Source: Candidatus Rifleibacteriota bacterium
GTDB taxonomy: Bacteria > Muiribacteriota > Ozemobacteria > Ozemobacterales > Ozemobacteraceae
Assembly: GCA_012520995.1 (NCBI GenBank)
Contig: JAAYNI010000080.1
Location: 25,823 to 89,822, forward strand
Reading direction: 5' to 3'
DNA: 64,000 nt
The notes beneath the pieces are model-generated. The model ran no database searches and was not told the origin of the DNA. It saw only the letters and a list, made by a program, of their open reading frames with translations. Positions 47,089 to 57,055 of this stretch are shown piece by piece. Numbering within the stretch: position 1 is the first letter of the stretch; each line of letters begins with the position of its first letter. Position numbers and translations under genes: made by a program.

Positions 47089-47463
47089 TTAGTGGTCAGT
47101 GGACAGAAACAGCTAGCGATAAGTGGCGAGTTAAATAGTTAAATTGTTTAGGACTCAATATTACAGCCAACAACTGCTTTGAGATGCTAATAAACAACAG
47201 AAACTCTTGGAATTTTTATCCACAGATTACACAGATAGCCACAGATGAGGACAAAATGGTCAAAAATTGCATTCTGCTACCGCATAATCACGATTTTTGC
47301 CCTAGCCTCTGATTAAGAACAGACACATAACAACAATGGCTTGTGGGTAGCGGATAATTGGCAAAGAGGACAATTAACAGCCAGTGATGAGTGGTGGCAG
47401 GCGGCGAGTTATATTCAAGCCCGCCACCCACCACGAATAGTAATTTTTAAGCAGCTTAAAAAT
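47083..47463. repeat. Intergenic repeat-arm locus J
   Basis: cagtgattagtggtcagtgg (overlaps the LOG stop), agtggcgag...aaattgtttag, ttatccacagattacacagatagccacagat (47216-47246), cagtgatgagtggtggcaggcggcgag, cccgccacccaccacg, palindrome at 47443-47463. Confidence 0.85.
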
Positions 47464-47469
47464 CAGTAT

Positions 47470-48198
47470 TTATATTTTATAGACGAGACTTACCATGACA
47501 GAGGAGTCATTCTTTTTAGCTCCAGCTGCAGGCTGCTTTTTATAATTCAATTCATATTTAATTTCAGCATCGAAATTTTCTGCAAGATCGAAAGAGAGGC
47601 CTACTCCAGTTTCAGCTCTGTAAGAATCTTCAAGCTCATCAGGCTGTGCAAGAAGCTTAAAGTCAACAAAGCTTTTAATTCTGTCATTAAGTTTTTTATC
47701 GGCGTCTAAACCAAGACGCAGCCAAGCATTAGTGTCATCTGTGTTATCAGTATATTCTTCTTTTATCCAGTCAAAACCTGCAGAAACTCGCAGATTCTGT
47801 TCCGTACTCTTAATACAATATCTCATGACACCGCCGCCGACAGTATATTGTCTATCATAGCCAGCAAATTCGTCATTGAGATAGCCGCCTGTTAAATAGT
47901 ATGATTCGCGCTCTGTCCTGACGAATTCGTTTAAAATAGAGAAAGAATGTTTATCCGCTGTGACTACTTCGTCAGCCTTATTTTTTCTGTAAGTCGCTCT
48001 GTATTCCATTTTTTGTCTATCTGAAATTTTTTGAGAAAGCCTCAGATCCATATTAATCTTAGACTCATCAGTGTTTCCAGAAGACTCATAGTAACCCAGA
48101 GAAAATCTTCCCACAGGTTTTTCCGCCGCCTGTACAGCAAAAGGAGCAACAGCTGACAGAAAAAGAATTGCAAAAAGTGTTACAGCTAGTTGTTTCAT
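47470..48198 (-). CDS. DUF481-family outer membrane beta-barrel protein
   Basis: Signal peptide; SGNTDE, GYLNDEFAGYD, alternating beta strands. Start moved to ATG 48198 (AGGAG RBS). Confidence 0.8.
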   Translation of the reverse strand: MKQLAVTLFAILFLSAVAPFAVQAAEKPVGRFSLGYYESSGNTDESKINMDLRLSQKISDRQKMEYRATYRKNKADEVVTADKHSFSILNEFVRTERESYYLTGGYLNDEFAGYDRQYTVGGGVMRYCIKSTEQNLRVSAGFDWIKEEYTDNTDDTNAWLRLGLDADKKLNDRIKSFVDFKLLAQPDELEDSYRAETGVGLSFDLAENFDAEIKYELNYKKQPAAGAKKNDSSVMVSLVYKI

Positions 48199-48334
48199 GT
48201 ACCATCTCCTTCTCAAATTTCGCAGTATCTGTACCATAAATTCAAGAAAAAGTCCACTCTTAATTTATCAGTGTCCATCGGATTACGGATATATACAATA
48301 AATTAAAAATTTTAAGGTTCTTAAAAACAAAGCA

Positions 48335-49255
48335 CTAGCGCAGGATTTTCTTTCTGTTGAATATGAGCAATGAAATCGCAAAAAAAGCTATAGTCCAAAT
48401 GCTAAGAGTTATCAGCAAATCTTTTGTGAGAGGCGAATCTTTTGTTGCCATAAGCGGGTCGAAGACAGAAATATGTTTTACTATCGCTTTAATCAGATTA
48501 ACAAGCAAATCATAAGATTTAGTAATAAAGTTGTTTGTTAGCAATATTCTAATAAAAGACTCTTTTTTCAAAAACAGCTTAGCCATCGGTGAAGCTATCA
48601 GAAACGAACCCATGCTTATAACACAGCTTACAGACATTGGCATAGTTGATGTAAAAAAGAGAGAAATCAACACTATAAAAGAAACATTGCAAGCTATCAG
48701 AACTACAAAAACAAACAAATAACGACAAAGATCGCCGAAATTAAACAACAAAAGAGAATTCCAAGGCAGTGAGAAAAATGTGTTGTTTGCAGGTAAAAGC
48801 ACATCTGAAAGCAACACCTGGGCTATAAATATATTCAACTGAATCAAAATAAGCCCAGTACAGAGAGAAAGCACCGCAAATAACATAACCGTAAGCCACT
48901 TAGTAAAAAGCAGCATGCTTCTGCTCACAGGAGTCAAAAGCAACATTCTCATGTAACCGTTCGAAAATTCTTCAGAAAACATATCTCCTGTAAAAAGAGA
49001 TATGAAAAAAGGCGCCAAAGCCGCGAAGAACACAGAATAGGCTATCAAAGTGTATTCGCCTATTATTTTATTAAACTCGGCAGGAAAGTTGACATCATTG
49101 GTTATTGAATCTTTGTAGAAAAATGTCAAAAGTATCATTAAGAACATGAAAACAGGCAAAGCATTCAAGGCAAATATAAAGAAATAAGCCTTTTTTGTGC
49201 TCATAAGTTTTTTGAATTCAAACCTCAGCAGGTTAAAGTATCTGGATATATACAT
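48335..49255 (-). CDS. ABC-2-type transporter permease
   Basis: Six TM segments; EEFSNGYMRMLLLTPVSRSMLLFTK motif. Confidence 0.85.
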   Translation of the reverse strand: MYISRYFNLLRFEFKKLMSTKKAYFFIFALNALPVFMFLMILLTFFYKDSITNDVNFPAEFNKIIGEYTLIAYSVFFAALAPFFISLFTGDMFSEEFSNGYMRMLLLTPVSRSMLLFTKWLTVMLFAVLSLCTGLILIQLNIFIAQVLLSDVLLPANNTFFSLPWNSLLLFNFGDLCRYLFVFVVLIACNVSFIVLISLFFTSTMPMSVSCVISMGSFLIASPMAKLFLKKESFIRILLTNNFITKSYDLLVNLIKAIVKHISVFDPLMATKDSPLTKDLLITLSIWTIAFFAISLLIFNRKKILR

Positions 49256-49259
49256 CAGT

Positions 49260-50210
49260 TCAACTTTCCTTACGTTCTGTCAGCTTAATGAACTTATCTT
49301 CTAAAGAGGATTGCAATGGAATCAAAGCTTCCACAGGCAATGAAGCCTTATTGAGCTCCATATTCACTTTAGCTGCCGTGCCTTTCTCTATTTTAATTTC
49401 AAAGCCGGTAGGACGTTCTTTTATTTCGCTGATCATATCCCGCATATTTCTCATCGCTTCCAAACCCTTTTCGCTGAAGCCATCACTGAAACGCAGCTCA
49501 TAGATCTCAGAATTGTCCAAGAGCAAATTGCTGATACTTGTTTCTGTGACTGTCTTGCCCTCGTCTATAATTACCACATAGTCACACAGCTTCTGTATTT
49601 CGTCTAACAAATGGCTGGAAAGGAATATCCCTGTCCCCTCTGATTTGTGTATGTTTGTCAGTATCTCTCTGACATGAACTCTTCCCGCAGGATCCATTCC
49701 GCTCGTGGGCTCATCCAAAAGCATCATTTCAGGTTCGTGAAGCATGCAAAGAGCTATAGCAAGCCTTTGTTTCATACCTGTAGAGAAGGCTGAAAATTTT
49801 TTATTTTTTTCCTTTGACAGATCTACCAGATTTAAAACATGATCAATACGGCTTTCTTTCACAGGTTTATAGATACTGCCTATATATTTCAAATTATCTC
49901 CTGCCGTCAGAGAATCCACCAAAGTCGGACGCTCTATCATAGCCCCGATTCGCTCCCTGGCTTTTGTTCCTTCTTTCGGGATTTTGCAACCCAAAAGGTC
50001 AATGGAACCGGAACAGAAAGGCAAAAGACCCAAAATAGCTCTCATTGCAGTTGTTTTACCCGCTCCGTTAGGACCAAGAAAACCTGTAATAGAGTCTTTA
50101 GGAACAGAAAATGAAAGTTTTTTCAATATCTCCTTGCCAGAAAGGCTGACGACCAGATCTTTTACGCAAATAGCCTTTTCATAAACAACTTTCCCGTTGT
50201 CTGCTGCCAT
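49260..50210 (-). CDS. ABC transporter ATP-binding protein (BcrA/NatA-like)
   Basis: GPNGAGKT, FSTGMKQR, LLDEPTSG. Confidence 0.93.
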   Translation of the reverse strand: MAADNGKVVYEKAICVKDLVVSLSGKEILKKLSFSVPKDSITGFLGPNGAGKTTAMRAILGLLPFCSGSIDLLGCKIPKEGTKARERIGAMIERPTLVDSLTAGDNLKYIGSIYKPVKESRIDHVLNLVDLSKEKNKKFSAFSTGMKQRLAIALCMLHEPEMMLLDEPTSGMDPAGRVHVREILTNIHKSEGTGIFLSSHLLDEIQKLCDYVVIIDEGKTVTETSISNLLLDNSEIYELRFSDGFSEKGLEAMRNMRDMISEIKERPTGFEIKIEKGTAAKVNMELNKASLPVEALIPLQSSLEDKFIKLTERKES

Positions 50211-50218
50211 CTAAGACC

Positions 50219-51331
50219 TCACTCCTCGTAAAGCATGTCGTAGAGTTCTTCAAACAAAACTTTCAGAATAACCGTTACAGGCATAGCCAAAAGCATACCG
50301 GTAATTCCTGCAAAGCTCCCTGCCAAAGTCAACGCCAGCAATATAATTAACGGATGCAGTCTGGTTTGATCGCCTACTATCTTGGGCTGAAGAATCCATC
50401 CTTCGATACCTTGAGCTATGGCTACGGCAATTATTAATTTAAGCAAAGCTATAGCAAAAGCCTTAGTAAAAGCGAATTGAATCAAGGCAACCAAAAAAGC
50501 CAATACAAAAGTCGCCAATCCGCCTAAATAAGGTATAAAGTTGGCAATTCCAGCAAATGGACCCAAGAAAAATGAGTATTTTAAACCTGTCATAAGCAGA
50601 AGAAGTGTCATTATAATAGCAAAAATACCATTTGAAAGAAACTGACCTCTAAGCAAGCTTGAAAGCTGAACATCAATTTTGGAAAAAAGTCCAACACTCT
50701 GAAATCTGTAGGCTTTGGGAATCAATTTGATAAAACTCGCGAAAATGCTGTTTATATCTAAAAGTATATAAAACAACAAAATAGGCACCATAATAAACGT
50801 ATAAAGCTTTGAAAATGCCAACTTGGACATTGAAAGAATAGAAGCTCCGCCGGCAAGTAAATTATCTTTTGTCCAAAGTATAATGCTGGACAATACTTCT
50901 TGAAGTTTCGGGCTGTTTAAAAACTTATCCAGATGGTCTTTGGCCCAAGGTATCTCAAGCAATTTACTGCTTAAAAAATTGTTAGCGGACTTAACTCCAT
51001 CTTTAGCTTGCGTTATCAATTTTACAGGTTCAAAAGCTTCCAAATTTCTGAACAAATCAAGGGTTTCATTTGAAATAGTTATAACAGCGGGAACCAGCAC
51101 AAGGAATGTAAGCACAAAGGCAAACAGATAAAGAAGCACAATTGCCCAAACACGCGGCAGCTTCTTAGATTCCAACCAGTTTACTATGGGATTGACAAGA
51201 TAAGCGCAGACAAGAGCAATTAAAAAAGGAGCAATTACCGGATAAAGTTGATAAGCAGCGAAAAGAGTAAAAGCAATTAGAGCAAAAATCAAAAAATTTT
51301 TAACCCTTGGAGATAGAGTTTTGATTGACAT
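50219..51331 (-). CDS. AI-2E family transporter
   Basis: APFLIA..AYLVNP, NFIPYLG, LHPLIILLA motifs. Confidence 0.9.
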   Translation of the reverse strand: MSIKTLSPRVKNFLIFALIAFTLFAAYQLYPVIAPFLIALVCAYLVNPIVNWLESKKLPRVWAIVLLYLFAFVLTFLVLVPAVITISNETLDLFRNLEAFEPVKLITQAKDGVKSANNFLSSKLLEIPWAKDHLDKFLNSPKLQEVLSSIILWTKDNLLAGGASILSMSKLAFSKLYTFIMVPILLFYILLDINSIFASFIKLIPKAYRFQSVGLFSKIDVQLSSLLRGQFLSNGIFAIIMTLLLLMTGLKYSFFLGPFAGIANFIPYLGGLATFVLAFLVALIQFAFTKAFAIALLKLIIAVAIAQGIEGWILQPKIVGDQTRLHPLIILLALTLAGSFAGITGMLLAMPVTVILKVLFEELYDMLYEE

Positions 51332-52419
51332 TAAAGAATAGCCCCTCGTCTTTCTGGAGTATTAGGCTGATTATAGAATTTCAATATAAGATCAACCTTC
51401 GCTTTGCTAATTTCCAGATTGCTCGCAATCTGAGGGATGCTCACGCCTTTTTTATGTTGAGAAAGTATCTCTTCCACACAATAATTTTTTTCGGCTAGTT
51501 TTGACTTATCAACCTTGGCAACGTATGACAACGAGTTCTCTTTATTCTTAAGATCAGAAAAACTGTTATCAGATAGAAGAACATTTTCCTTAGAGGGGGA
51601 TGATGCAACAAAGATAGGCAGAGTATTAACCGAAGCGCCCTTTTGAGTAGAAGACGTATAGGATGGTGATGATGTAGAAGATGATATAAGATCCGCGTTC
51701 AAAAATTCCGACATATCGCCAAGCTCATTATCCAAGACTTCTGACATGCCATCCAGTTCATCAACCAAGCCTGATATCTGATTGGAAATTTCTGCGGAAA
51801 CCAATTCTTTGATCAGGTTTTTATCAAATTTTTGCACCTCAGACCCGTTGTCAGATAAAAGCTCAGAAACCCTTTGATCCAAGATTTTAAAAGCTTCTTC
51901 CAATGTGGAAATTCGGTCTCTAAGCATTAAACTGTTTTGATAAGTGGACTCAAAAGACTCGATTACTTCTGCCCTGAAATGATCATTGTCTGTTTGTGCT
52001 GAGTCTTGTTTTGAGTTCATAGCAGCTTTGATTTCTTCGTTTTTTTCATTTAACATAGCAGTTGTTTTTGCTAGTATAGAAGCTAATGTATCAGCTTTGG
52101 CACATTTTTCTTCTAAGGCTTCTGTCAGTTTACGAATCTCATCCGCTTGATCTTTGATTATTTCCAAGTTTTCTTCTCGCACCCTCTCCATAGCTAAGGT
52201 AAAATCACCCAAAGCCGATTGAAGTGCTTGATTGCGTTCATCAGTCTGAGCAACCTTAAGAGCTTTAGCCGCTTTATTTCTGCGAGTTTTTTTGAAAACT
52301 GCGGCAAAAACAAGCAGTGCCATACCGAAAAGAGCTAACAGTTTAAATATCAACCAAAGATCAGGCAAAAGTAAACTCCGATTTGTTTTTTGAACTGCAT
52401 AATAGTACCATGCAAACAT
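51331..52419 (-). CDS. Hypothetical membrane-anchored coiled-coil protein with C-terminal HTH-like end
   Basis: One TM, long coiled coil, C-terminus GVSIPQIASNLEISKAKVDLIL. Start is uncertain (52431 TTG, 52419 ATG or later). Confidence 0.65.
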   Translation of the reverse strand: MFAWYYYAVQKTNRSLLLPDLWLIFKLLALFGMALLVFAAVFKKTRRNKAAKALKVAQTDERNQALQSALGDFTLAMERVREENLEIIKDQADEIRKLTEALEEKCAKADTLASILAKTTAMLNEKNEEIKAAMNSKQDSAQTDNDHFRAEVIESFESTYQNSLMLRDRISTLEEAFKILDQRVSELLSDNGSEVQKFDKNLIKELVSAEISNQISGLVDELDGMSEVLDNELGDMSEFLNADLISSSTSSPSYTSSTQKGASVNTLPIFVASSPSKENVLLSDNSFSDLKNKENSLSYVAKVDKSKLAEKNYCVEEILSQHKKGVSIPQIASNLEISKAKVDLILKFYNQPNTPERRGAIL

Positions 52420-53479
52420 GCTAAAATCCAAAAAATTTTATTCTATTATTCTTTGTGCACTTTTACTCTATTTTGCCTTAAACAATGTAGATTTAAAACT
52501 CCTCAAAGAAACCCTTGCCACTGCGAATATCCGCTTTTTTTGGCTCACCTTTTTCTCCTACACAACAGAATACATTTTCAGAAGTTTACGATTTAAAATT
52601 TTACTTAAAGGAGACAAATCCTTCATAGAATATTTTTCTAATGTGGTTTTCGGCTATTTTATAAATTATCTTCTCCCGGGAAGAGCCGGAGAAGTTGCAC
52701 GCACTCTATATTCTGAGAGAAAAGGACTTGCGCAATCAGGCAATGTGATAGCTTCGATTATAGCAGAGAGGTTTTTGGATATAAGCATACTCTTAGTTTT
52801 TATTTTAATCTCTTTCAATAAAGCCGTTACTGAATTAAATATTAAAGCTGTCGTTATAGGTGCATTAACATTGTATACAGCTATTTTTCTTTTCTTTACG
52901 CTTCTGATAAAAAAACGAGATTTTATGCTTAAAATATTCGATAAACTCTCGCTCTGTATAGCCAAAACTGCCGCTTGGTTTCTAAGGGTATTTTACAAAA
53001 TCAAAGGTAAAGAGCCAGAAGAATCCTCTCAAAAATCTGAAAATCTTCATGATAAAATCATGTCTTTTTTACAAGCAACAGGAGAAAACATGGCAGATAA
53101 AACTGCTGAGCTGTTCAACCTCCCCACCCTTTTCTTGCTTATTATCGTTACCGCTCTTTCATGGGGAGCAACTATATGCACCCAATCTTTTGCACTCAAA
53201 ATGTTCGGAATCTCTCCAGGAGTAACATCCGTAATCTTTCTTATGACGCTCTTATCATTTGCCGGGCTGGTACCAGTCACTCCCGGCTCTATCGGTGTAT
53301 ATCAAGTCATATGCATTGCTGTCATACACTCATCTTTTGGCTACAGTAGAGAACAGGGTGCAGCTTATGCTATAATTTCGCACGCCTTGGTTTACTTATA
53401 TCTCGCCATTGCTGGTAGTATAATTATCTTGAAGGAGGGTATATCACTCAAAGAAATAAAAACAATTTCTAAAGAGTGA
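52418..53479 (+). CDS. Lysylphosphatidylglycerol synthase TM-domain (UPF0104 flippase-like) protein
   Basis: NYLLPGRAGEVAR, ERFLD, PVTPGSIGVY motifs. Confidence 0.88.
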   Translation: MLKSKKFYSIILCALLLYFALNNVDLKLLKETLATANIRFFWLTFFSYTTEYIFRSLRFKILLKGDKSFIEYFSNVVFGYFINYLLPGRAGEVARTLYSERKGLAQSGNVIASIIAERFLDISILLVFILISFNKAVTELNIKAVVIGALTLYTAIFLFFTLLIKKRDFMLKIFDKLSLCIAKTAAWFLRVFYKIKGKEPEESSQKSENLHDKIMSFLQATGENMADKTAELFNLPTLFLLIIVTALSWGATICTQSFALKMFGISPGVTSVIFLMTLLSFAGLVPVTPGSIGVYQVICIAVIHSSFGYSREQGAAYAIISHALVYLYLAIAGSIIILKEGISLKEIKTISKE

Positions 53480-53524
53480 GGCATTTTTTGCCGATGTGCT
53501 CAGTGCGCACTGGGAGGTTTATTT

Positions 53525-54088
53525 ATGAATACAAATAAAAATCAATTAGCGGCAAACACAAAACCGCAAAAAAGTCTCTTCCTGTTCTTTCTATTAGGTC
53601 TTTTTGTACTTCAAATAGCATTCGCTTTCACTATTCACGGTGATATAGGCAATCACTCGGACTTCGTTCCTGGATTCGATAAAACCGCCTCTCCTCTTTT
53701 GATAGGCCAAATCAATTCCTGTTTGGATCCGGCTAACATTAAAACCTCTTCTATCGTAGCTCCTGAAGGAGCTTTTGCACCCGCAGAAAAGACTCTTACA
53801 GCTAGCTTTGCAACAGAACCTCTCCCCGAAGGAGCCAAAATTGACACGAGAGAAGCAGACGATGAAGAAGAACTGAAACAGGCTGAAGAAGATAGATTTG
53901 TTCAGTATGAAATTCAGCCAGGCGACACACTCGGCAAAATTTCCAACAAACTCTACGGCAATGTCAATATGGTTGTTCCTATAATAAGAATCAATCGCAT
54001 TCAAAATGAAAGAGCCATACAGCCAGGCACACATCTTAAACTGCCCAAAGCAGGACTTCTTATCACTTCACTTACAGTTCAGCAATAA
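53525..54088 (+). CDS. LysM-domain protein
   Basis: N-terminal TM/signal; C-terminal YEIQPGDTLGKIS...IQPGTHLKLP. Confidence 0.88.
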   Translation: MNTNKNQLAANTKPQKSLFLFFLLGLFVLQIAFAFTIHGDIGNHSDFVPGFDKTASPLLIGQINSCLDPANIKTSSIVAPEGAFAPAEKTLTASFATEPLPEGAKIDTREADDEEELKQAEEDRFVQYEIQPGDTLGKISNKLYGNVNMVVPIIRINRIQNERAIQPGTHLKLPKAGLLITSLTVQQ

Positions 54089-54109
54089 TTTTTTCTCAGC
54101 CCTCTTCAA

Positions 54110-55654
54110 ATGCAAGGTAAAAGCAAACTCAGAACTCTATTCGGAATAGCATCTTACTTGGTTTTTATGAGCATGATGCTCAACTCAAAAACAGTTGATA
54201 GCCTATTCGCAAAAGTCATCGGCAAAAAAACGATAGCAACCGCTTATTCCGACAGCTCATCAGTAAGCCTGAAACCGCTGAAAATGGATGAATCTGTTTC
54301 AGCTGAATCAGAAGAGCCCATGGTCGCAATAACCTATGCAAATAAGCCGGAAGCTCTCACACATCAAAGCAAAGCTGAAAAAACTTTACTGAATTCCAAC
54401 GAACTTCTGAAAGAAAACGCAAAAAACTTTGCTGCCAAAGAAAAGGCTGACAGAAAACCCAATTCTCGAAATTCGCAAAATCACGCGAAATCTTCCGAAC
54501 CTCTCAAAACCGAAAATACGGGGCAAAATGCAAACTCAGCTGCTGCCCCTTCTTCCGCCTCTCTAGCTGTAAAATATATTACCGGCGTTTCAAAATACCC
54601 TTGGGAATATGTACCTTCTCTGGATAAATATGTTGTCAGATATGATAAAAATACCTATGGCATTCTGACAATTAAACCCAAACTTCAAAAAATGCTTGAA
54701 GGAGTTTTGGAAAAATACGACACAAGATTCGGAGTCGCCATTATTCAAGACCCCGCCAGCGGTGCAATCCTCGCGATGGCCACATCTCACAAAAATCAGA
54801 TAACAGATATACTCTCAGAAGAGTACAAAACATCTAACTGGGCTTTAAAAGCCACCTTTCCAGCCGCTTCCCTCTTTAAAATCATAACTGCCGCGGCAGC
54901 AATAGACACAGGCAAAGGCACACCGAACACTCCATATCTGGCTTACGGAAAAACTTACATGAAAATGTGGAAAGCTTTCGCCAATTCTCATAACGGAGTT
55001 TTTGGCAGAATAGCCAAATCTGTCGGAATAGACGTGGTTATGAAATATGCCAGAGACTTTGGATTCAACAAAAGCTTTTTCTTTGATCTGCCTGTAAGCA
55101 ATTCAATAGCAAAAATGCCTGAAGAAGAAGCCAAGCAGATGCAGGCTTGCGCAGGCCTCAACAAGAACTTCTTGCTAAGTCCTATTCACGCTGTTTCTCT
55201 GACATCCACGGTTATCAACTTGGGAAAAACTATGAAACCCTATCTGCTGGACTCTGTCATTTCTTCAGGCAAAACAGTTTACAGACGCCAACCATTCCAG
55301 CTGGCTCAGCCGATAAAAGCCAAAACAGCCAAAGAACTTTATAAAATGATGTATTCCACAACCGCAATAGGAACAGGTAAAAAAGGTTTCAGCGGCTACA
55401 GAAAAACCCCTGAACTGGCAAAAATTTCAGGCGGAAAAACAGGAACCCTGACAGGCGAATCACCGCACTATCTTTTTACATGGTTCGCAGGTTTCACAAA
55501 AGCAACAGGCCGTGACTTGACGATTTTGACTCTCTCCGGCCAACAAGACCACTCAGGCACAAAAGCGGCTTCCATAGCAGGCCAAGTAGCTTATGAGCTT
55601 AGACTCAAGCGATGGAATGACTACAGCACACAGGATATCATAGCTAAAAACTAG
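54110..55654 (+). CDS. Penicillin-binding protein transpeptidase-domain protein
   Basis: SxxK (SLFK), SxN (SHN) and KTG (KTGT) all present; low-complexity linker instead of a dimerisation or GT domain. Confidence 0.85.
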   Translation: MQGKSKLRTLFGIASYLVFMSMMLNSKTVDSLFAKVIGKKTIATAYSDSSSVSLKPLKMDESVSAESEEPMVAITYANKPEALTHQSKAEKTLLNSNELLKENAKNFAAKEKADRKPNSRNSQNHAKSSEPLKTENTGQNANSAAAPSSASLAVKYITGVSKYPWEYVPSLDKYVVRYDKNTYGILTIKPKLQKMLEGVLEKYDTRFGVAIIQDPASGAILAMATSHKNQITDILSEEYKTSNWALKATFPAASLFKIITAAAAIDTGKGTPNTPYLAYGKTYMKMWKAFANSHNGVFGRIAKSVGIDVVMKYARDFGFNKSFFFDLPVSNSIAKMPEEEAKQMQACAGLNKNFLLSPIHAVSLTSTVINLGKTMKPYLLDSVISSGKTVYRRQPFQLAQPIKAKTAKELYKMMYSTTAIGTGKKGFSGYRKTPELAKISGGKTGTLTGESPHYLFTWFAGFTKATGRDLTILTLSGQQDHSGTKAASIAGQVAYELRLKRWNDYSTQDIIAKN

Positions 55655-55729
55655 TGCTTTGTTTTGCCTAAAACTTTCCTGTCAGCCTTTCAAAATTCAC
55701 AAGACAATATCCGCTCATAAGATCGCACC

Positions 55730-55785
55730 GTGATGAGTGATGATGAGTGATGAGTGATGAGTGGTGCGTGGCGGGCGGCGAGTTG
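55730..55785. repeat. Intergenic repeat-arm locus K (expanded GTGATGA array)
   Basis: gtgatgagtgatgatgagtgatgagtgatgagtggtgcgtggcgggcggcgagttg between convergent genes. Confidence 0.85.
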
Positions 55786-55804
55786 AGCACTGACCGCCAG
55801 CTTT

Positions 55805-57055
55805 TCAATGTAGGAGTTTCTTCCTCTGCATGCTTCTGAGCCTTTGATCCAGTATGCGTCTTTGCATTTGCAGATCTTTGACTTCTTTCTGAGCTTCTAT
55901 TATTTTTCGTTGAAACGCTGGAGCAGAGTTATTTTGAGCAATCATAGCTCTGATTTCCGACTCAAGTCCTCTTATCCGATTTTCAAGCCTACGCAACTGT
56001 GCTCTGCCTGTTTCATATTCACGTTCTTTGTCTGCAAGATTTTTAACGGATTTCTCAGTAAATTTGCTCTCGCCGAAATGTTTTGAGCTTGCAACCCTTT
56101 TCAAAACATCTTCCTGAGACTTAGAAGCTGCAATAACAGGATCTTTGTCAGGCTTACCAGCTTGAATCATGCGATCATAAGAATCTTTTTCTCTGGCCAT
56201 CGTTTCAGCAGCCCTGGTTTTCTCTGCTTCCATCCTCTGCCCAGACATTTCTCTTTGCCGAGCCAGTTTTTGTCTTAAAGAGTCCATACCTGTTCCAACC
56301 CTCTCACGCTGCATTTCCATTCTGGCCTTTGTCGAATCCATTGCTGATGAGCCGCTGTCACTTTTTATTAAAGGCAAAAATCCGCCTTCTGAGCTCTGTT
56401 CTTCTCCAGGCAAATATCTGCCCGAAATAACGGGCTGAGTATAGGAAATATGTCTTGTATCCCATTCTGAATCCAGCTTTGCCAGTTCAGTGACATGCTG
56501 AAACCTGTCAGGTTTCTCTGGCAAAGAAGACTTGCCTGCCAAATAGGTCGACATACCTGCTTGTAAAACCAGCTGTTTGGAAATTTTGCTATCAGCCGCT
56601 CTCACAGCTACAATTCCACTCATAGTGCGAACTTTTGTTTTTCCGTATTTATCTATATCAACATCAAAGGAAGTGCCCAAAACATGGCAAGAACCAAAAG
56701 GAAAGGATATTTTAAAAATCTCTCCGCTTTTGCGAATGTCTGCCCATGCATAGCCGACTCTCATGCCTATTCCGTATCTGTCCAGAGTAACTATTGCACC
56801 GTTTTTTATCTTGACTGTGCTTCCATTCGGAAAACGCAGTTCACCTCTTCCGCCTTCCAGAGCAATGATATCGCCAGGTTTAACTTCCACTATTTCGCCT
56901 TGAGCCAATGTAAGCCAAGTGCTGCCGCTTGTGCGTGAAAGTTGAGCTCTGCCCGAAAAATTGTTAAAATAAAACTTGTTCTGCTGCTGAGCAAAACCCG
57001 CAAAAGGCAAAAAACAAAAAATAGCGAAAAGAGCTAAAATTCGTAACAACTTCAT
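55805..57055 (-). CDS. Secreted FecR-domain protein with C-terminal coiled coil
   Basis: Signal peptide; ELRFPNGSTVKI, HVLGTSFDV, SGIVAV. Start moved to ATG 57055. Confidence 0.7.
   Translation of the reverse strand: MKLLRILALFAIFCFLPFAGFAQQQNKFYFNNFSGRAQLSRTSGSTWLTLAQGEIVEVKPGDIIALEGGRGELRFPNGSTVKIKNGAIVTLDRYGIGMRVGYAWADIRKSGEIFKISFPFGSCHVLGTSFDVDIDKYGKTKVRTMSGIVAVRAADSKISKQLVLQAGMSTYLAGKSSLPEKPDRFQHVTELAKLDSEWDTRHISYTQPVISGRYLPGEEQSSEGGFLPLIKSDSGSSAMDSTKARMEMQRERVGTGMDSLRQKLARQREMSGQRMEAEKTRAAETMAREKDSYDRMIQAGKPDKDPVIAASKSQEDVLKRVASSKHFGESKFTEKSVKNLADKEREYETGRAQLRRLENRIRGLESEIRAMIAQNNSAPAFQRKIIEAQKEVKDLQMQRRILDQRLRSMQRKKLLH

Noticed and set aside
47341-47709. 122-aa plus-strand ORF
   Set aside because: Starts in repeat locus J and is antisense to the DUF481 gene.
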